From positions 558,001 through 622,000 of the forward strand of contig JASVEC010000002.1 of the NCBI GenBank assembly GCA_030770535.1: 64,000 nucleotides of DNA, given 5' to 3'. This DNA comes from Batkoa obscura (Eukaryota). The stretch's first letter is position 1. Each line of letters starts with the position of its first letter. Both the position numbers and the translations under genes were made by a program. Shown one piece after another: positions 50,305 to 63,353 of the stretch. A model generated the notes under the pieces. The model ran no database searches. It was not told the DNA's origin and saw nothing but the letters and a program-made list of their open reading frames with translations.

Positions 50305-50768
50305 TTTGTTAAGAGGTTGAAATATTAGCTGTTACTTTTAAATATATTTATTATTTTGTTTTTAGCTTCTTTTGTGCTTTATTTGTTTAATAGAATATGT
50401 TGAATATATTTTGTTTTGTTAAGTAATTAGTATTTTTCTAAAGCTTAGTTAATTCAGCCACTCTATCTTATTTTGATGACATTTCCCATCCTTTCATATT
50501 ATTTATCATATTTTGTTTTATAAACAATTCATTTGTAATATTTAACTTTTAAAAATAAATTTAATTAATTTTTGTTAGTTTAATCATTTGCCATGTACAT
50601 TTAATTAACTTTATCAATATTAGAATTGAAATTTTTGATTTTATTTTGTGACAAAGAAATTCAAACCTGATTGGTTTACTATTCTAGAAATTAAACTGCA
50701 TTACACAACATATTACAAAAATAATAGTCAAGTTAAATTGTATTTTCAATTTTTCAATTCGTTTAAAA

Positions 50769-52583
50769 ATGAACGATAACATAGTAAGTCAACTCGAATA
50801 TTCAAAACAATAATTTCATTCAACATCAATTTTCAATTAGAAAAAAGAACAGGAAACATTACTATCGGAGCTTACACATGGGACTGGAATAGTATATGAT
50901 GCACGTTTATTGAATCATGATCAAATAGATCAAGCTTCTGGAATCCATCCAGAAAATCCAGTACGAATTTATAAAATTTATAAATTATTACAAGAACTGG
51001 GTTTATTAAAAAGAATGAAAAATATACCATGTAGGGAAGTGAATGATTTTGAAATTTTGTATTATCACGATAGAGAACATTTAGAATTTATGCAAGATAC
51101 AGAAAGTAAGTTAAAGGATCTGTGAATTTAAATTAAAAAGATGGAGGAAGCTAATATTATTTTTTTATTTATAGAATTAAGCTTAAAAAGATTAAAAGAA
51201 TTGACTCAAGATGGGGATTCTGTTTATTTTAATAAAAGTACCCATTTTTGTGCACGATTATCATGTGGTGGAGTACTTGAACTGCTTAAAGAAATTGCAT
51301 TAAATAATATTAGTAATGGGATTGCAGTAGTTAGACCGCCGTAAAAATTTATTTCTAATTTGTATAAATTATACAAAGGATATTAATTAATTTTTATTAG
51401 CGGCCATCATGCAGAGAAAAAAAATGTAATTTTATTGTTTTTACAAGAGTATTAGATATATTGTATTAATGAATTATTGTCTAGGCAATGTAATATTTGG
51501 GATTTGCTTTTTTAAAGTATAAAAATTAGGTTTTAATGTTTTTTTAAAAGGGGATTTTGTTTCTTCAATAATGTTGTAAGTCAATTCATAACTTACAATA
51601 TATGGTCATAATAATCAATAATTAAGGTTATTGGAGTAGAAAAATTAAGACGGACATATGGAGTAAAGAAAGTGTTAATATTGGATTGGTAATAAATATT
51701 AAACTGTTTAAAATAATATTATATAATATTAATTAAGTTAAGGGATGTACATCATGGTATAAATAAGATAATTAGAATAAGATAATTAAGATAATTAAAT
51801 AAAATAATAAAGGAAACGGAATTGAAGACGCATTTATTAATGAAAAAGATGTACTTTATATATCATTACATAGATATGGTAATGAATTTTATCCAATGAC
51901 TGGACATCCAGGAGATATTGGTAGAGGAGAAGGTATTGGAAGGTAACTTATTATAAAATTAAATGAAATATTAAAATAAAATACAAAATATAATAGAAAT
52001 GTAAATATTGCCTTTACTGAAAAAGAAATGGGAGATGCTGATTATATTTATGCTTTTATTAAAGTGGTGATGCCAATGGCTATGGAATTCAATCCTGAAT
52101 TGGTTGTTAGTAAGGTTTAATATTATATAATTATTATGATCCTTTTAAAATGACTATTCTTTTTAATAGTTTCTGCTGGATTTGATGCAGCTAAAGGTAG
52201 TTTTTAAAATAAAACTAATATAAATAAGGTGATCCTATTGGAGAATTTAAAGTAACTCCTGATGGTTATGCGATGATGACTTATTTATTGAAAGGATTGG
52301 CTAATGGTAAATTAGCAGTTTGTCTAGAAGTAAATAAAATATTTATTCTAATAACTAAGTTGAACTAATTTTATTTTAATAGGGAGGGTATAATCCAGAT
52401 GCAATTGCTAAATCAGTTTTAGCAGTATGTAAAGTATTATTAGGTGATGTACCCAATACAATTGAATTTGAAGATGTAAGTGAGAAGGGCAAAAAAGATG
52501 TTTATGAAGTAATTAGTTGTCATGCTAAATATTGGAATTGTATGAGATCGGCTGCTAAAATTTTAAATTTAGAAAGTTATTAA
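50769..52583 (+). CDS. Class II histone deacetylase, Hda1/Clr3-like catalytic domain (~13 exons)
   Basis: HPENPVR, VRPPGHHA, MGFCFFNNV, LDWDVHHGNG, SAGFDAAKGDP, LEGGY motifs after splicing. Confidence 0.92.
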
Positions 52584-52785
52584 ATATACATATATTTATA
52601 TATGAAAATTAGCTAATTAAATTTACTTTTACTTTTTTATACTTTTATTTTGATAAATTAAGCTATGAATAAAGGAGTAAGTATAAAAAACTGAGTGATT
52701 TGAGTTTCAATAATAATAAATTAGCAAATGCAGGATAAGGAATTAGAATTCAAATAATCATAATAATAAAGAAACCATCAATATT

Positions 52786-54041
52786 TTAGGTTTTCATTAA
52801 TTTCCTAGCACGTCTTGATCCAGCTTTAAAAAACATTTTGCCCTTTAAAATAGTATAATTGATCCTTTTTTGTTTTCTTAAATTACGTGAACATTTTTCT
52901 ACTTCTACTTTTTCTTCTTCTTCTCCCTTTTCTTCTTCTTTTTCTTCTTTTTCTTCTTTTTCTTCTTTTTCTTCTTTTTCTTTTCTTTTGTTTACCCTCA
53001 TCTCCTCCATTTTCTTTTTATTAATTGGAACTACAGATAAACCCGAACCCTTTTTATTTACTTTTAATTGTTCATTAAGTTGTATTTGTGATTTATTAAT
53101 ATCTTCACTTTGTAGATCTTTTCTCTTCACAGTTTTTAAATCGTTTCTTTCTACATCTTGTAGATTATTTCTACTTTCAATTGTAATTTTATTTCTTTCT
53201 CTAGCTGATAAGCTTTCTCTTTTTGTACTGTTCATTTGATTACTTAATTTAACTATCTGCTTCTCATTGTTTTCATTGAAAGATAGAAAATTAAGTTGCT
53301 CCTTGTCCGTTAAGCTCAAGCTTTCCAAAGGCGGAAGCTCAATACTTTTATCCACACCATCCTCTTTATCAATTCCATTTTCCGTATTCAAGCTATTGTT
53401 ATTACTCAATTCCAAGGATACCAATGGTGACAATAAGTCAGTAATTGGTAAGTTTAATTTTTTGCAGAATTCCAAATTCACTTTTTTAGTATTCTTAGAT
53501 ACATTTAATAAATCCAATCCTTGTTGTTTAATCATCTTAATCATATTACTTTGTTTTAATAATAAATCTTGAATCACTATATTCTGTAAACTTAATTTAC
53601 TTTCTAATTCTTGAATTTTGAGATTAGATTGATTAAGCGATAAAGAAAGCTCCACAGATTGTACTTTCAATGAAGTGTTTTCTGTTTCTAGTTTTTGACG
53701 ATGGAGTTTGGAGTGATTATGGCTTCTGTAGGAGATTATTAATAGGTTTATTTATGAATTGATGACTATAAAAGATAATACTTACCTAGCTAACTCGCTA
53801 TTTTTTGTTTTAAGGTTTTTTATTAATTCTATAAAATAAAGAAATTTAATTAATAAATCTTAAATCTTAATATGATTTATTCCAATCTTTTCTTACCTTC
53901 ATATTGACGATACCTTTTATCAGCAAACTTATCTAAATATGGTTGATATTTTATAACTTCTTCTTTCTTTTTATATGGTTTTGGAAGACCTGTGGTGGAG
54001 AATAATTCGTCTCTTTTATGGAGAGATTTGTATTTGGACAT
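52786..54041 (-). CDS. Coiled-coil protein, shugoshin-like (3 exons)
   Basis: N-terminal KNSELA..KLETENTSLK coiled coil; C-terminal basic SRNLRKQKRINY resembles the SGO motif. Confidence 0.45.
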
Positions 54042-54672
54042 TAGAGAGAGTTAATTTCGGCCTTTTCTTTTTCTTTGGTTGAGTTGAAGTAAATTGATTA
54101 AAAAAAGAATGAAGAAAATATTATGAAAGTGATAATAATTTGGTAGACTGCAAATTTTCAAATAGTCAAATTAAGGTGATTGGTTGAATTATGATAGAAA
54201 ATTGTAAAACAGTCACGTTTATTTTTAAAAGATCAACTTTTATTAAAAAAATTGATTAACATATTCAAATAAAGAGTTTGATAATAGAGATTCAACTTTT
54301 AACATTACCAATATCATTATTATCCTCTTCATCACTGCCATAAATTTTTATTATTATCATAATTACTATTTCTAATAATAAACAATAATAAAAATACAAT
54401 TTTATTATTTCTTAATAGTTTCAAAAGAATGAATTAAATTTAGTTCAAATTTTTCAAAATACTAAAAAAAGAAAAGGTAGCATTTAACAATTTTGTAGCA
54501 TAAAAAATGATTTGACGCAAGCCTAATAATTCCATTACACTAAAAATTGTCTTTTGAAACTTACAAAATGTAAAGAGTAAAAAAAGCAATATAAATATAA
54601 AAAGTAAACACAAATAGTAAAATTAATAATCACAACTATAAAACATAAAACAATAAAAATAATAAAGAGAAG

Positions 54673-55810
54673 ATGAAATTTGGTAGTTACATTGAAGTAT
54701 GTGATTCAAGTGCATTAAGTATTTGTAATTTACTCAACAATTCCACCGGCTTATCAACCAAATGTTATACTCGTACTTATCAATGGTTTAATTCCTATCT
54801 ATTTGAATATTGTTATTTTTTTATTTATTTAATTGCTTTTATTATGTTGTCAATTATTTTATATAATTTAAAAAAGAAAACAATGACAGAAGGTAAGTAT
54901 TAGTAATATTATAATAAATTACTTTTTTATTAATGACAAATTACTAGTAATTAAAAATATGATAATTTTTTTTTATTTCTATTTATTTATGTTGACTGTG
55001 GATTCAGTAACTATTACAAATATCATACCATCAAATTCAGGGTTTTATACAGTAAGTTTAATTAGACATTGTATTGTTATATGAAACTAATAGCATTGTT
55101 ATAGTTTTTAGTACTTTTAAATACTTCTTTGAATTTAAGTTTATCAATCTTTTTATTTTTAACTGGATTATTAAATTTTCCATTCATATTAAAAGTTAAT
55201 CGAATCAATTTAGTAAGTTCTTCATTATTATATCCTTAAACTGACATTAACATTAATATTATTATTCTTAGTACATCAAGCTCATTTCATTAAGTTTATT
55301 TTTAATAATGTTTTTAATTAGTATATTGACTATTAAAAACATGGGGGGATTAGATTCCAAAAACCCATCTTTATTATGGTTTCTTCATTTATTATTACCC
55401 AATTTATTAATTACATTATATATGATATCTCAATTATGTTTTACTTTTTATTATATTGAAAACCGATGGGCATTAGGTAAATTCTATCTATTAAATAGTA
55501 ATATAATATTAACCATTAATTTTATTTTACTATTATTACTATTATTACTATTATTAATTATTGTTATTATTGTTTAGGTGATATTGTTATAGGTTATTTA
55601 TTCTATTTATCAGGCTTATTATTTTTATCTTTATTATCAATACCATTATGTCAATCCTTTAAGCATTATTTAGATGGTATATTTTTCTTTCAGGTTAGTC
55701 AATTATGTAGTATTATGATGTGCTACAAATTTATTGATGGGATCACTACTACTGATTTGGAATTTATTATGTTACCTTTGGATTTAAAAAACAGTTTATT
55801 ACTGGATTAA
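54673..55810 (+). CDS. CHS7: Chitin synthase export chaperone, Chs7 family (multi-exon)
   Basis: MKFGSY..C...L.IC, CYTR, WALGD, HYLDGIFF, SIMMCYKF..IT..DLEF; multiple TM helices. Confidence 0.8.
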
Positions 55811-55861
55811 CTATATTATGTTTATTGAAATAAAAGTTTTAAGACAAGTTACTTTATTATT

Positions 55862-55959
55862 GAGAATGTATTTTTGTATTTAAGAATTTTACTAATAATT
55901 ATTCTACTTAAATGGCACTTAAAAGATGGAAAAAATAATGAAGCCAAAAAAACACCCCC
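55862..55959 (+). mobile_element. MITE copy 14
   Basis: Family sequence. Confidence 0.75.
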
Positions 55960-56093
55960 ATTTATTGTTTTCAAAATAATAATACAATAATTAATTTTTA
56001 ACCCAATTACAAATTAAGTATTAGTAGTCAATATATAAACAGCTCTTATTATAATGGACCTAAATGTTTCATAATACTAACTCATTAAGATAT

Positions 56094-56191
56094 GGGGATG
56101 TGTTTTTGTTTAAAAATTTTACTAATAATTTTTCCACTTAAATAGCGCTTAAAAAATAGAAAAAGTGATGGAACCAAAAAAAACCCCCCCT
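56094..56191 (+). mobile_element. MITE copy 15
   Basis: GGGGATGT start, ATAT/ATAT. Confidence 0.85.
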
Positions 56192-56544
56192 ATATCTTTA
56201 AATTTGAAATTGGGTTTACATATGGAAGATACATTAAAGATCAGGCTAATAAAGTGAATTCTTGAAGATTATAATACAAAATTAATTTGATTTTGTTGGG
56301 AAAAATTAAGTTGAAAAATAATACCCAATTATAAGAAGATAATTGGAATGGGATTCTAATTTTATTGAGTGATTTGAACCAATAAAATAACAACTTCACT
56401 GTATTGTCCAATAAACTTCAATCAAGTAACAAACTTTAAATTTAGCTCAAAATTTCAAAAACCAGACTTCGAAATCTAAGATAATCTAACAACATAATTT
56501 TTGATTAAACTACTTTCTATACAACTAAAATAGAACAATAAAAG

Positions 56545-57051
56545 ATGCGTTATTTGAGATCTTTAGCCAGTTTAAAATTATTCAATGGAAAGAATTTAAT
56601 GAAATCCAATATGATTGTAAATAATCAAAGTTTACGTTTTTATGGTGCTCCAAGTGGTAACCCAAAGTTAATAATTCAAGAAAGAGTTTTAGATTTATTG
56701 AAGGACTTCGATAAAGTTGATCAAGGTTTAGTAAGTTTTTTTATATTCCATTAATTACTATTCTATTAGCTTTATAACTAATGATAATAATTTTTTATTT
56801 TAATCATACTTCTATAACAAGTTTATTTTTTTCATTCATAAGACAATAATTAATCCTTTCTCTCTCTTTTTTAGCTCACTGCTGAAGCCCATTTAACCAA
56901 AGATTTAAAATTGGATAGTTTAGATACAGTTGAAGTTATTATGGCAGTTGAAGAAGAGTTTTCTATTGAAATACCGGAACATGATTCAGTTGAAATTAAA
57001 ACTGTTAAAGACGTTATTGAATATATTAGTTTAAGAAATGATGCTGTCTAA
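56545..57051 (+). CDS. ACP1: Mitochondrial acyl carrier protein (2 exons)
   Basis: Basic presequence; DLKLDSLDTVEVIMAVEEEFSIEIP phosphopantetheine motif. Confidence 0.95.
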
Positions 57052-57194
57052 AGAGTTAAAGGTATAAAGACTTGGGAAATAAAGCAGCATTTTCTACAAT
57101 ATCTAGTTTTTGATGTTTAACGTTTAGTTTTTCAATTTAAGCTTTTAATTTTCATGGTAAGATTTCTTGATGTTATTGTGTTTGTTTATTATGT

Positions 57195-57286
57195 GTGAAT
57201 GTATTTTTAAGAATTTTATTAACAATCTTTTTGCTCAAATAGCACTTAAAATATGGAAAAAGTAACGAAACTAAAAAATCATCCCC
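57195..57286 (+). mobile_element. MITE copy 16
   Basis: Family sequence, ATGT/ATGT flanks. Confidence 0.75.
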
Positions 57287-57530
57287 ATGTTATACTTTTA
57301 TGTTGAGTGTCTTTTATTGATCTCAAATTAGTAGTTTGAACTATTTAATTGTTTCCCATATAAAACAAGGATATAATTTATTATTATTATTTACCTTATA
57401 TGAGTATCATAGATAATTAATATCATATGTAAATTGATTTAATAGTTATAATTTGAAGTATTAATTTTGTATGAACAATAAATACATTCATATCGTTGGT
57501 TATGTAGAATAAAAATAGAAAATAGAAAAT

Positions 57531-57629
57531 AGGGATGTATTTTTGTATTTAAGAATTTTACTAACAATTTTTCTGTTCAGATAATGTTTAAAAGATGGAA
57601 AAAGTAATGAAGCCAGAAAAAACATCCCC
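57531..57629 (+). mobile_element. MITE copy 17
   Basis: AGGGATGT...ACATCCCC, AAAT/AAAT TSD. Confidence 0.85.
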
Positions 57630-58036
57630 AAATAGTTTGACTTATACTATATATTAATAAAACAAATAAGTAAAACGTATAATAAAAAATTAATTTTTAC
57701 TTGTAAATATATAATTGAATGTTATAACAATAGATATGATAAACTATTTTTATTTATTATCTATAGTAATAACATGATTCAATTCAATGATCAATTGACT
57801 TAAACTTAAAAACCGGTAAAACCTGATAACCGATAGATTAATTTTATTAATAAAAATAGATACAATAACAGGGAATTTAATAAGATAACGAAATAAATAT
57901 AAGTTCAATTCCAACAAGAAATAGTTTATTATAGTTAGTAAACAAAAGAAGGAGGAGTAAAGTGGAGGAGATATAGTATTAAACCATTAAAAATAGAAAC
58001 AAGAGAGATAAAAAAAAGTAAACCAACCGCATCAAC

Positions 58037-58711
58037 TTAAATCTTTTGGCCTGGAAACGTGGTGATAATATCTGTTAACACTTGACCATTTTGATCCATA
58101 ATAGCAGCCTTAATAGTAACTCCATCAACAGAATTAACCGGAGGTTGAGCCATAACAATTAAAGGTTGATCCGAGAATGCTGGTCTTCTATAATTAACAG
58201 AATATTTAACATTAACCTTAGGATCTGTAAAACCAGCAAATTCTCTAGTAGCTTCTTGTAATAAAGTAGCTAATAAACCTCCATGAATAATTCCTTTATG
58301 ACCACAAACATTGGCACCCATATAATAAACTTTAGTTAATTTACCGCTGAACTCAGCTTGGATTAAATCTTCTCTTTTTAATGTTTGTTTGGTTAAATGA
58401 GTAGAGGTTGGGAATAATTGAGTTTGTAATTTACTGAGTAAAGTGACTTCTTCATTAGCTTCAAGTTGGATTTTATGTTTTGAAATAACAGGTAAGTTGT
58501 AAGGTTCTAATTTTATACCAGAGTTTGATGTTGATTTAGTACTATAATACAAGCTTGGAGCAACTAAACCAGCTATTAATAATAAGGTATTTCTTAAATA
58601 AGCGGGTTTGTAATTGGATGTTGGATAATTAATGGCTGGTAAACTGGATGTCATACTTATCCCTGCTTTACTTTGATAAAGGGATTTAAATTGCTTTAAT
58701 TTAGTTAACAT
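58037..58711 (-). CDS. Hot-dog fold thioesterase (PaaI/THEM4/Fmp10-like), probably mitochondrial
   Basis: CGHKGIIHGGLLATLL and VNYRRP motifs; N-terminal presequence plus TM segment. Confidence 0.8.
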   Translation of the reverse strand: MLTKLKQFKSLYQSKAGISMTSSLPAINYPTSNYKPAYLRNTLLLIAGLVAPSLYYSTKSTSNSGIKLEPYNLPVISKHKIQLEANEEVTLLSKLQTQLFPTSTHLTKQTLKREDLIQAEFSGKLTKVYYMGANVCGHKGIIHGGLLATLLQEATREFAGFTDPKVNVKYSVNYRRPAFSDQPLIVMAQPPVNSVDGVTIKAAIMDQNGQVLTDIITTFPGQKI

Positions 58712-59756
58712 ATTGCTGTCGTTATTTTTTTGAAATTATTTTTATTTTTGTTTTATTTTAAATTAAATTCTTTTAGTTTTATGTTTATTTTGATTTATAT
58801 ACTCTTTTTTTGGATTCTCCCTTAAATAGATATCAAAAGAATGTGATTTTTAAGAGCCAATGAAATTACAAAAGCTTATCTCTATTAAAATTAATAAATT
58901 CTCTGTTTGGATCATATTTTTTCAAATCAATGGGATTGTTAAAAATTGATCACTTATTGACAAATTAAAGGATTAATTAAATCAATATAATTTGTTATTA
59001 AGTTTCAAATTGTTTGAAAAATTACAAATTACTTTGCACCTCCTAAATTTGGTAAATAGCAATCTATTTTTTGACATTTTTGAAAAATATCTTTTCATCA
59101 GCTTTCCCCACCCAATTTTTATTTGGCTAATTTTTAAGAAATGACATCATAACCAAGGGAAATTAATTTTCCAGGATAAAAATTTATGACATTTTTTAAA
59201 AAGCGGTTATTAAAGCCAATTCCCATTCTCCTCCTCTCTTTTATGCAGTTTAAGCTTACTTTTTCAACAATAAAAATTAACTGTAAGATTCAATTTAAGC
59301 TGGTTTAAAGTGAGTTATTTTTGAATACTATCATTTATTCTTAGGTTAATAGCTTTTTTGTTATTAACTTGGTATAAAATTTGGTTATGTGAAATTATAA
59401 GATATTTATTTATTAATAGAGTATGTTTGATTATATATACTATTAATTTTTCAATAACTTGCGATATGGTACTTTATGAAAAATTAGTTGTAGGGGTATA
59501 AGATTGCAACATCAAAATATTTTTACATGAAAATAATTTTTATACTGATCTAAGATTAATATCTGCTCCAATCAATAACTACTATTTTTTGATCAAAAAA
59601 CTTAGAATTATTTCAAATATATTATAAAAATATTAATACTATACATAAAAATACAAGGTTCATAACTAAATTAGTTTGTAAATATTTAATATTAATTTAT
59701 ATGTAAATTATATGTAACTTCAGCTTTTTAAAAAAACAAAATAAATATCAAAATAT

Positions 59757-59841
59757 GTGGATGTATTTTTTATTTAAGAATTTTACTAACAATCTTTCCA
59801 CTCAAATAACGCTAATGAAAAAGTAATAAAAAAACATCCCT
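59757..59841 (+). mobile_element. MITE copy 18 (internal deletions)
   Basis: Family sequence, ATAT/ATAT. Confidence 0.75.
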
Positions 59842-60317
59842 ATATTATGCTAGTAAACTAGAAAAGCTAATAAAAATAAAATAGGAGCATTATTAATGTA
59901 TAAAGATATCTTTTTGTCTTTAAGAATATTGTTGAAATTCTTTTTACCCAAACAATGCTTAAGGGTTAAAAAAAGTTAAACACATGTATATATTTTAAAA
60001 TTTAACAATAAAGTTATTTTAAATAAAAACATGAAAAAATAAAGATTGAATCAGATTAGGATTATTTTTTTTATCAAAAAACATAATACTTAAAAAATAT
60101 AAAAAGTTTGTTAATATTAAATATAAAAAACTATTTAATAAACTAAGTTATATTGTTATTTATACTGCAATTAAATATAAAATTAAATTAGTAAGGGTTA
60201 TTAAATTTAATGCTCAAAGCCTACTTATTTTATATTAATTGTAAAAAGCTAAAAGGTAGAAAAAAATTATAACAAAAAGTTATACATATAAACAAAGTTT
60301 AAAATTTTACTACATAG

Positions 60318-60784
60318 TGTGAAATCTGGTACTCAGTGTTTGGAGTCAAGGACAGCTATTGCTGGGTTGACTACACTATAAGTCGAAAGGTCTTAGTTTA
60401 TGTGGCCAAGATAGACTTGGATTATGAATAATAGCATGTAATAGGTTACAAGCTATATAAGACAAATACAATAGACAATACTAATGTAAAATCTACGTAA
60501 AATACTGTTAAGCAAACTTAGTGGCTTTATTAAATGTTCAAGGTATCAAGGAATAATTCAGTTGAAAAGCCTCGAGCTATTATGTTTTAGAATCTCTTTT
60601 ATACTCCAATAAGTATAAATATCAAAACGACGGGAGAATATTCTTTGAGACGAAGAAGATAGAAATTCTCTTAACAAATCAGAATAAGAGCATGAGACTA
60701 ATTGTCTCTATAATCGAGAACACGACAGCTTAGGCGATTGTTATACTATAATTAACCATGGGGCTGACAAAGCAATATTTCACA
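60318..60784 (+). mobile_element. Solo-LTR-like repeat, copy D (467 bp)
   Basis: TGTGAAAT...ATTTCACA with ATAG/ATAG direct repeat. Confidence 0.78.
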
Positions 60785-60786
60785 AT

Positions 60787-60883
60787 AGGGATGCATTTTT
60801 GTATTTAAGAATTTTACTAACAAATTTTCCACTTAAATAGCGCTTAAAAATAGAAAAATAATGAACTCAAAAAAAACACTCCC
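60787..60883 (+). mobile_element. MITE copy 19
   Basis: AGGGATGC...ACACTCCC, abuts LTR-like copy D. Confidence 0.85.
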
Positions 60884-61568
60884 ATATAATGAAATGTTAC
60901 ATTTTAAGTAAAAATAACTGCTATCCACAATATTGTAATGTTAAATAAAGTTGATAATTAATAATTTTTAATTTATATAATTAAAACAAATTATAGTTCA
61001 TAGGTATAAAATGTTTATTAAATCGTATAAAACAATAAAAACAAGTATAATAAAAATAAATATATTCATTAATAAAATATATTCATTAATAAAATAATAA
61101 AAGTATATTTAAAATAATATTAATTTATTAAATAATATTAATTTATTAAATAATAATAATGATAATTTAATAAGTAATAACACAAAAAATATTAAAAAAT
61201 TAACAACCTTAATTTTTTAAGCTAGAAAAGCTGAAAAAAACTGGGTTTATATTAAATACTGATATAGTATTATTAGTCCTGATTAACCAATTTAAAACTC
61301 AAATTTTAAATTTGAATGATTTAACATAGCTTGATTATAACTAAACAGCTATTTTTGAATCAAAAAATATTTTTAATGGTTTTTTGTATACTTTCTTATA
61401 ATTTTTTTTAAACTATACTACCTTATTTTTTTTATAATTTTATTATTATAGAACATTTGAGGTATTGTTTCTTTTGAATCATTTTTAAATAAGTATATAA
61501 TTCAATTATATCAATCGCAATATAAATTTGATTGTTTAAATTATACAAAATTTGTAAATTTAAAATAT

Positions 61569-61664
61569 GGGGATGTTTTTTTGGTTTCATTACTTTTTTC
61601 ATTTTTTAAGCCCTATTTGAACGGAAAAATTGTTAGTAAAATTCTTGAACAAAAATACATCCCC
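61569..61664 (-). mobile_element. MITE copy 20
   Basis: GGGGATGT...ACATCCCC, ATAT/ATAT. Confidence 0.9.
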
Positions 61665-62564
61665 ATATGTTTGTTTTTAAAAATGCTAATAAAGCTTATG
61701 AAATTTTAAATTTATTCTAAAAAATAAGTATGGTGAAAAATTACTATAATTGAATATTAAAATCTAAATTCAAAAGATATTTACAATATAATTTATTTAA
61801 AATAGTAAAAAAACATGTTTTAACACTCGGCTATATAAATTTATATACTTAAAGGGTTTCTTTATTATTTGTTTTTTATCATAATCAATTCCAGAATTAT
61901 TTATAAATTTATAAATTAAGAAGACTGAGTTCAATTCCATAACTTTACAATCTCTTGTGGCTTGTTTCAAAACCACTTTGGTAAAATGAATCACTTTGAA
62001 AATTTCCTTCCTCTTTACTTTTAATTAATGGGATATTCAGCCTTTACATAGTAAAGTAATAACTTGGTTAATTTTAAACTTTAAATTCAAATTCAGATCA
62101 GGTGCCACTTTTCAAAGTTGAGCATATATTTTACTTTAAAGATTAAAGTACAAATTGTTATGAATTATAATTAATTGATGCTATTTATGAATATTCTAGT
62201 ACTCTATATGAAACGATACTATCACTTTATTTTTTAGTAATTGGAGGGTTTAATATAGTCCTTTAATTACTCAATTATTATTATTATTATTATGACTATG
62301 ATTATCATTATCATTATCAAGTCTGTTTAGTATTTTATAAAATAAGAAATATGTAAAGTTAAAGCAAATAAAAGGGGATAAAAGATGTGTAAAATTAATT
62401 GAGTGGTGGTTTTATAGGTTAAGTAAGGGTAAAAATTAAAATTGTAATAAGAAAACAACTAGTGTAATTGATCGTTAAAATAGTAGCTTAAATGGAAGTA
62501 GAGTTTGTATGTTGGCCTTCTCTTACTTATAATACTTTAGTATCCTCTTCAAAACTATTCACTT

Positions 62565-63353
<789 letters not shown>

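Noticed and set aside
52859..53572. Ser/Phe-rich + strand ORFs
   Set aside because: Antisense to the Glu/Lys repeats of the shugoshin-like gene
61058..61160. Short tandem duplications (17-18 bp units)
   Set aside because: Ordinary slippage in very AT-rich DNA
424..61664. Dispersed repeats as a CRISPR-like or regulatory array
   Set aside because: Irregular spacing, both orientations, TIRs and TSDs: MITEs in a eukaryote
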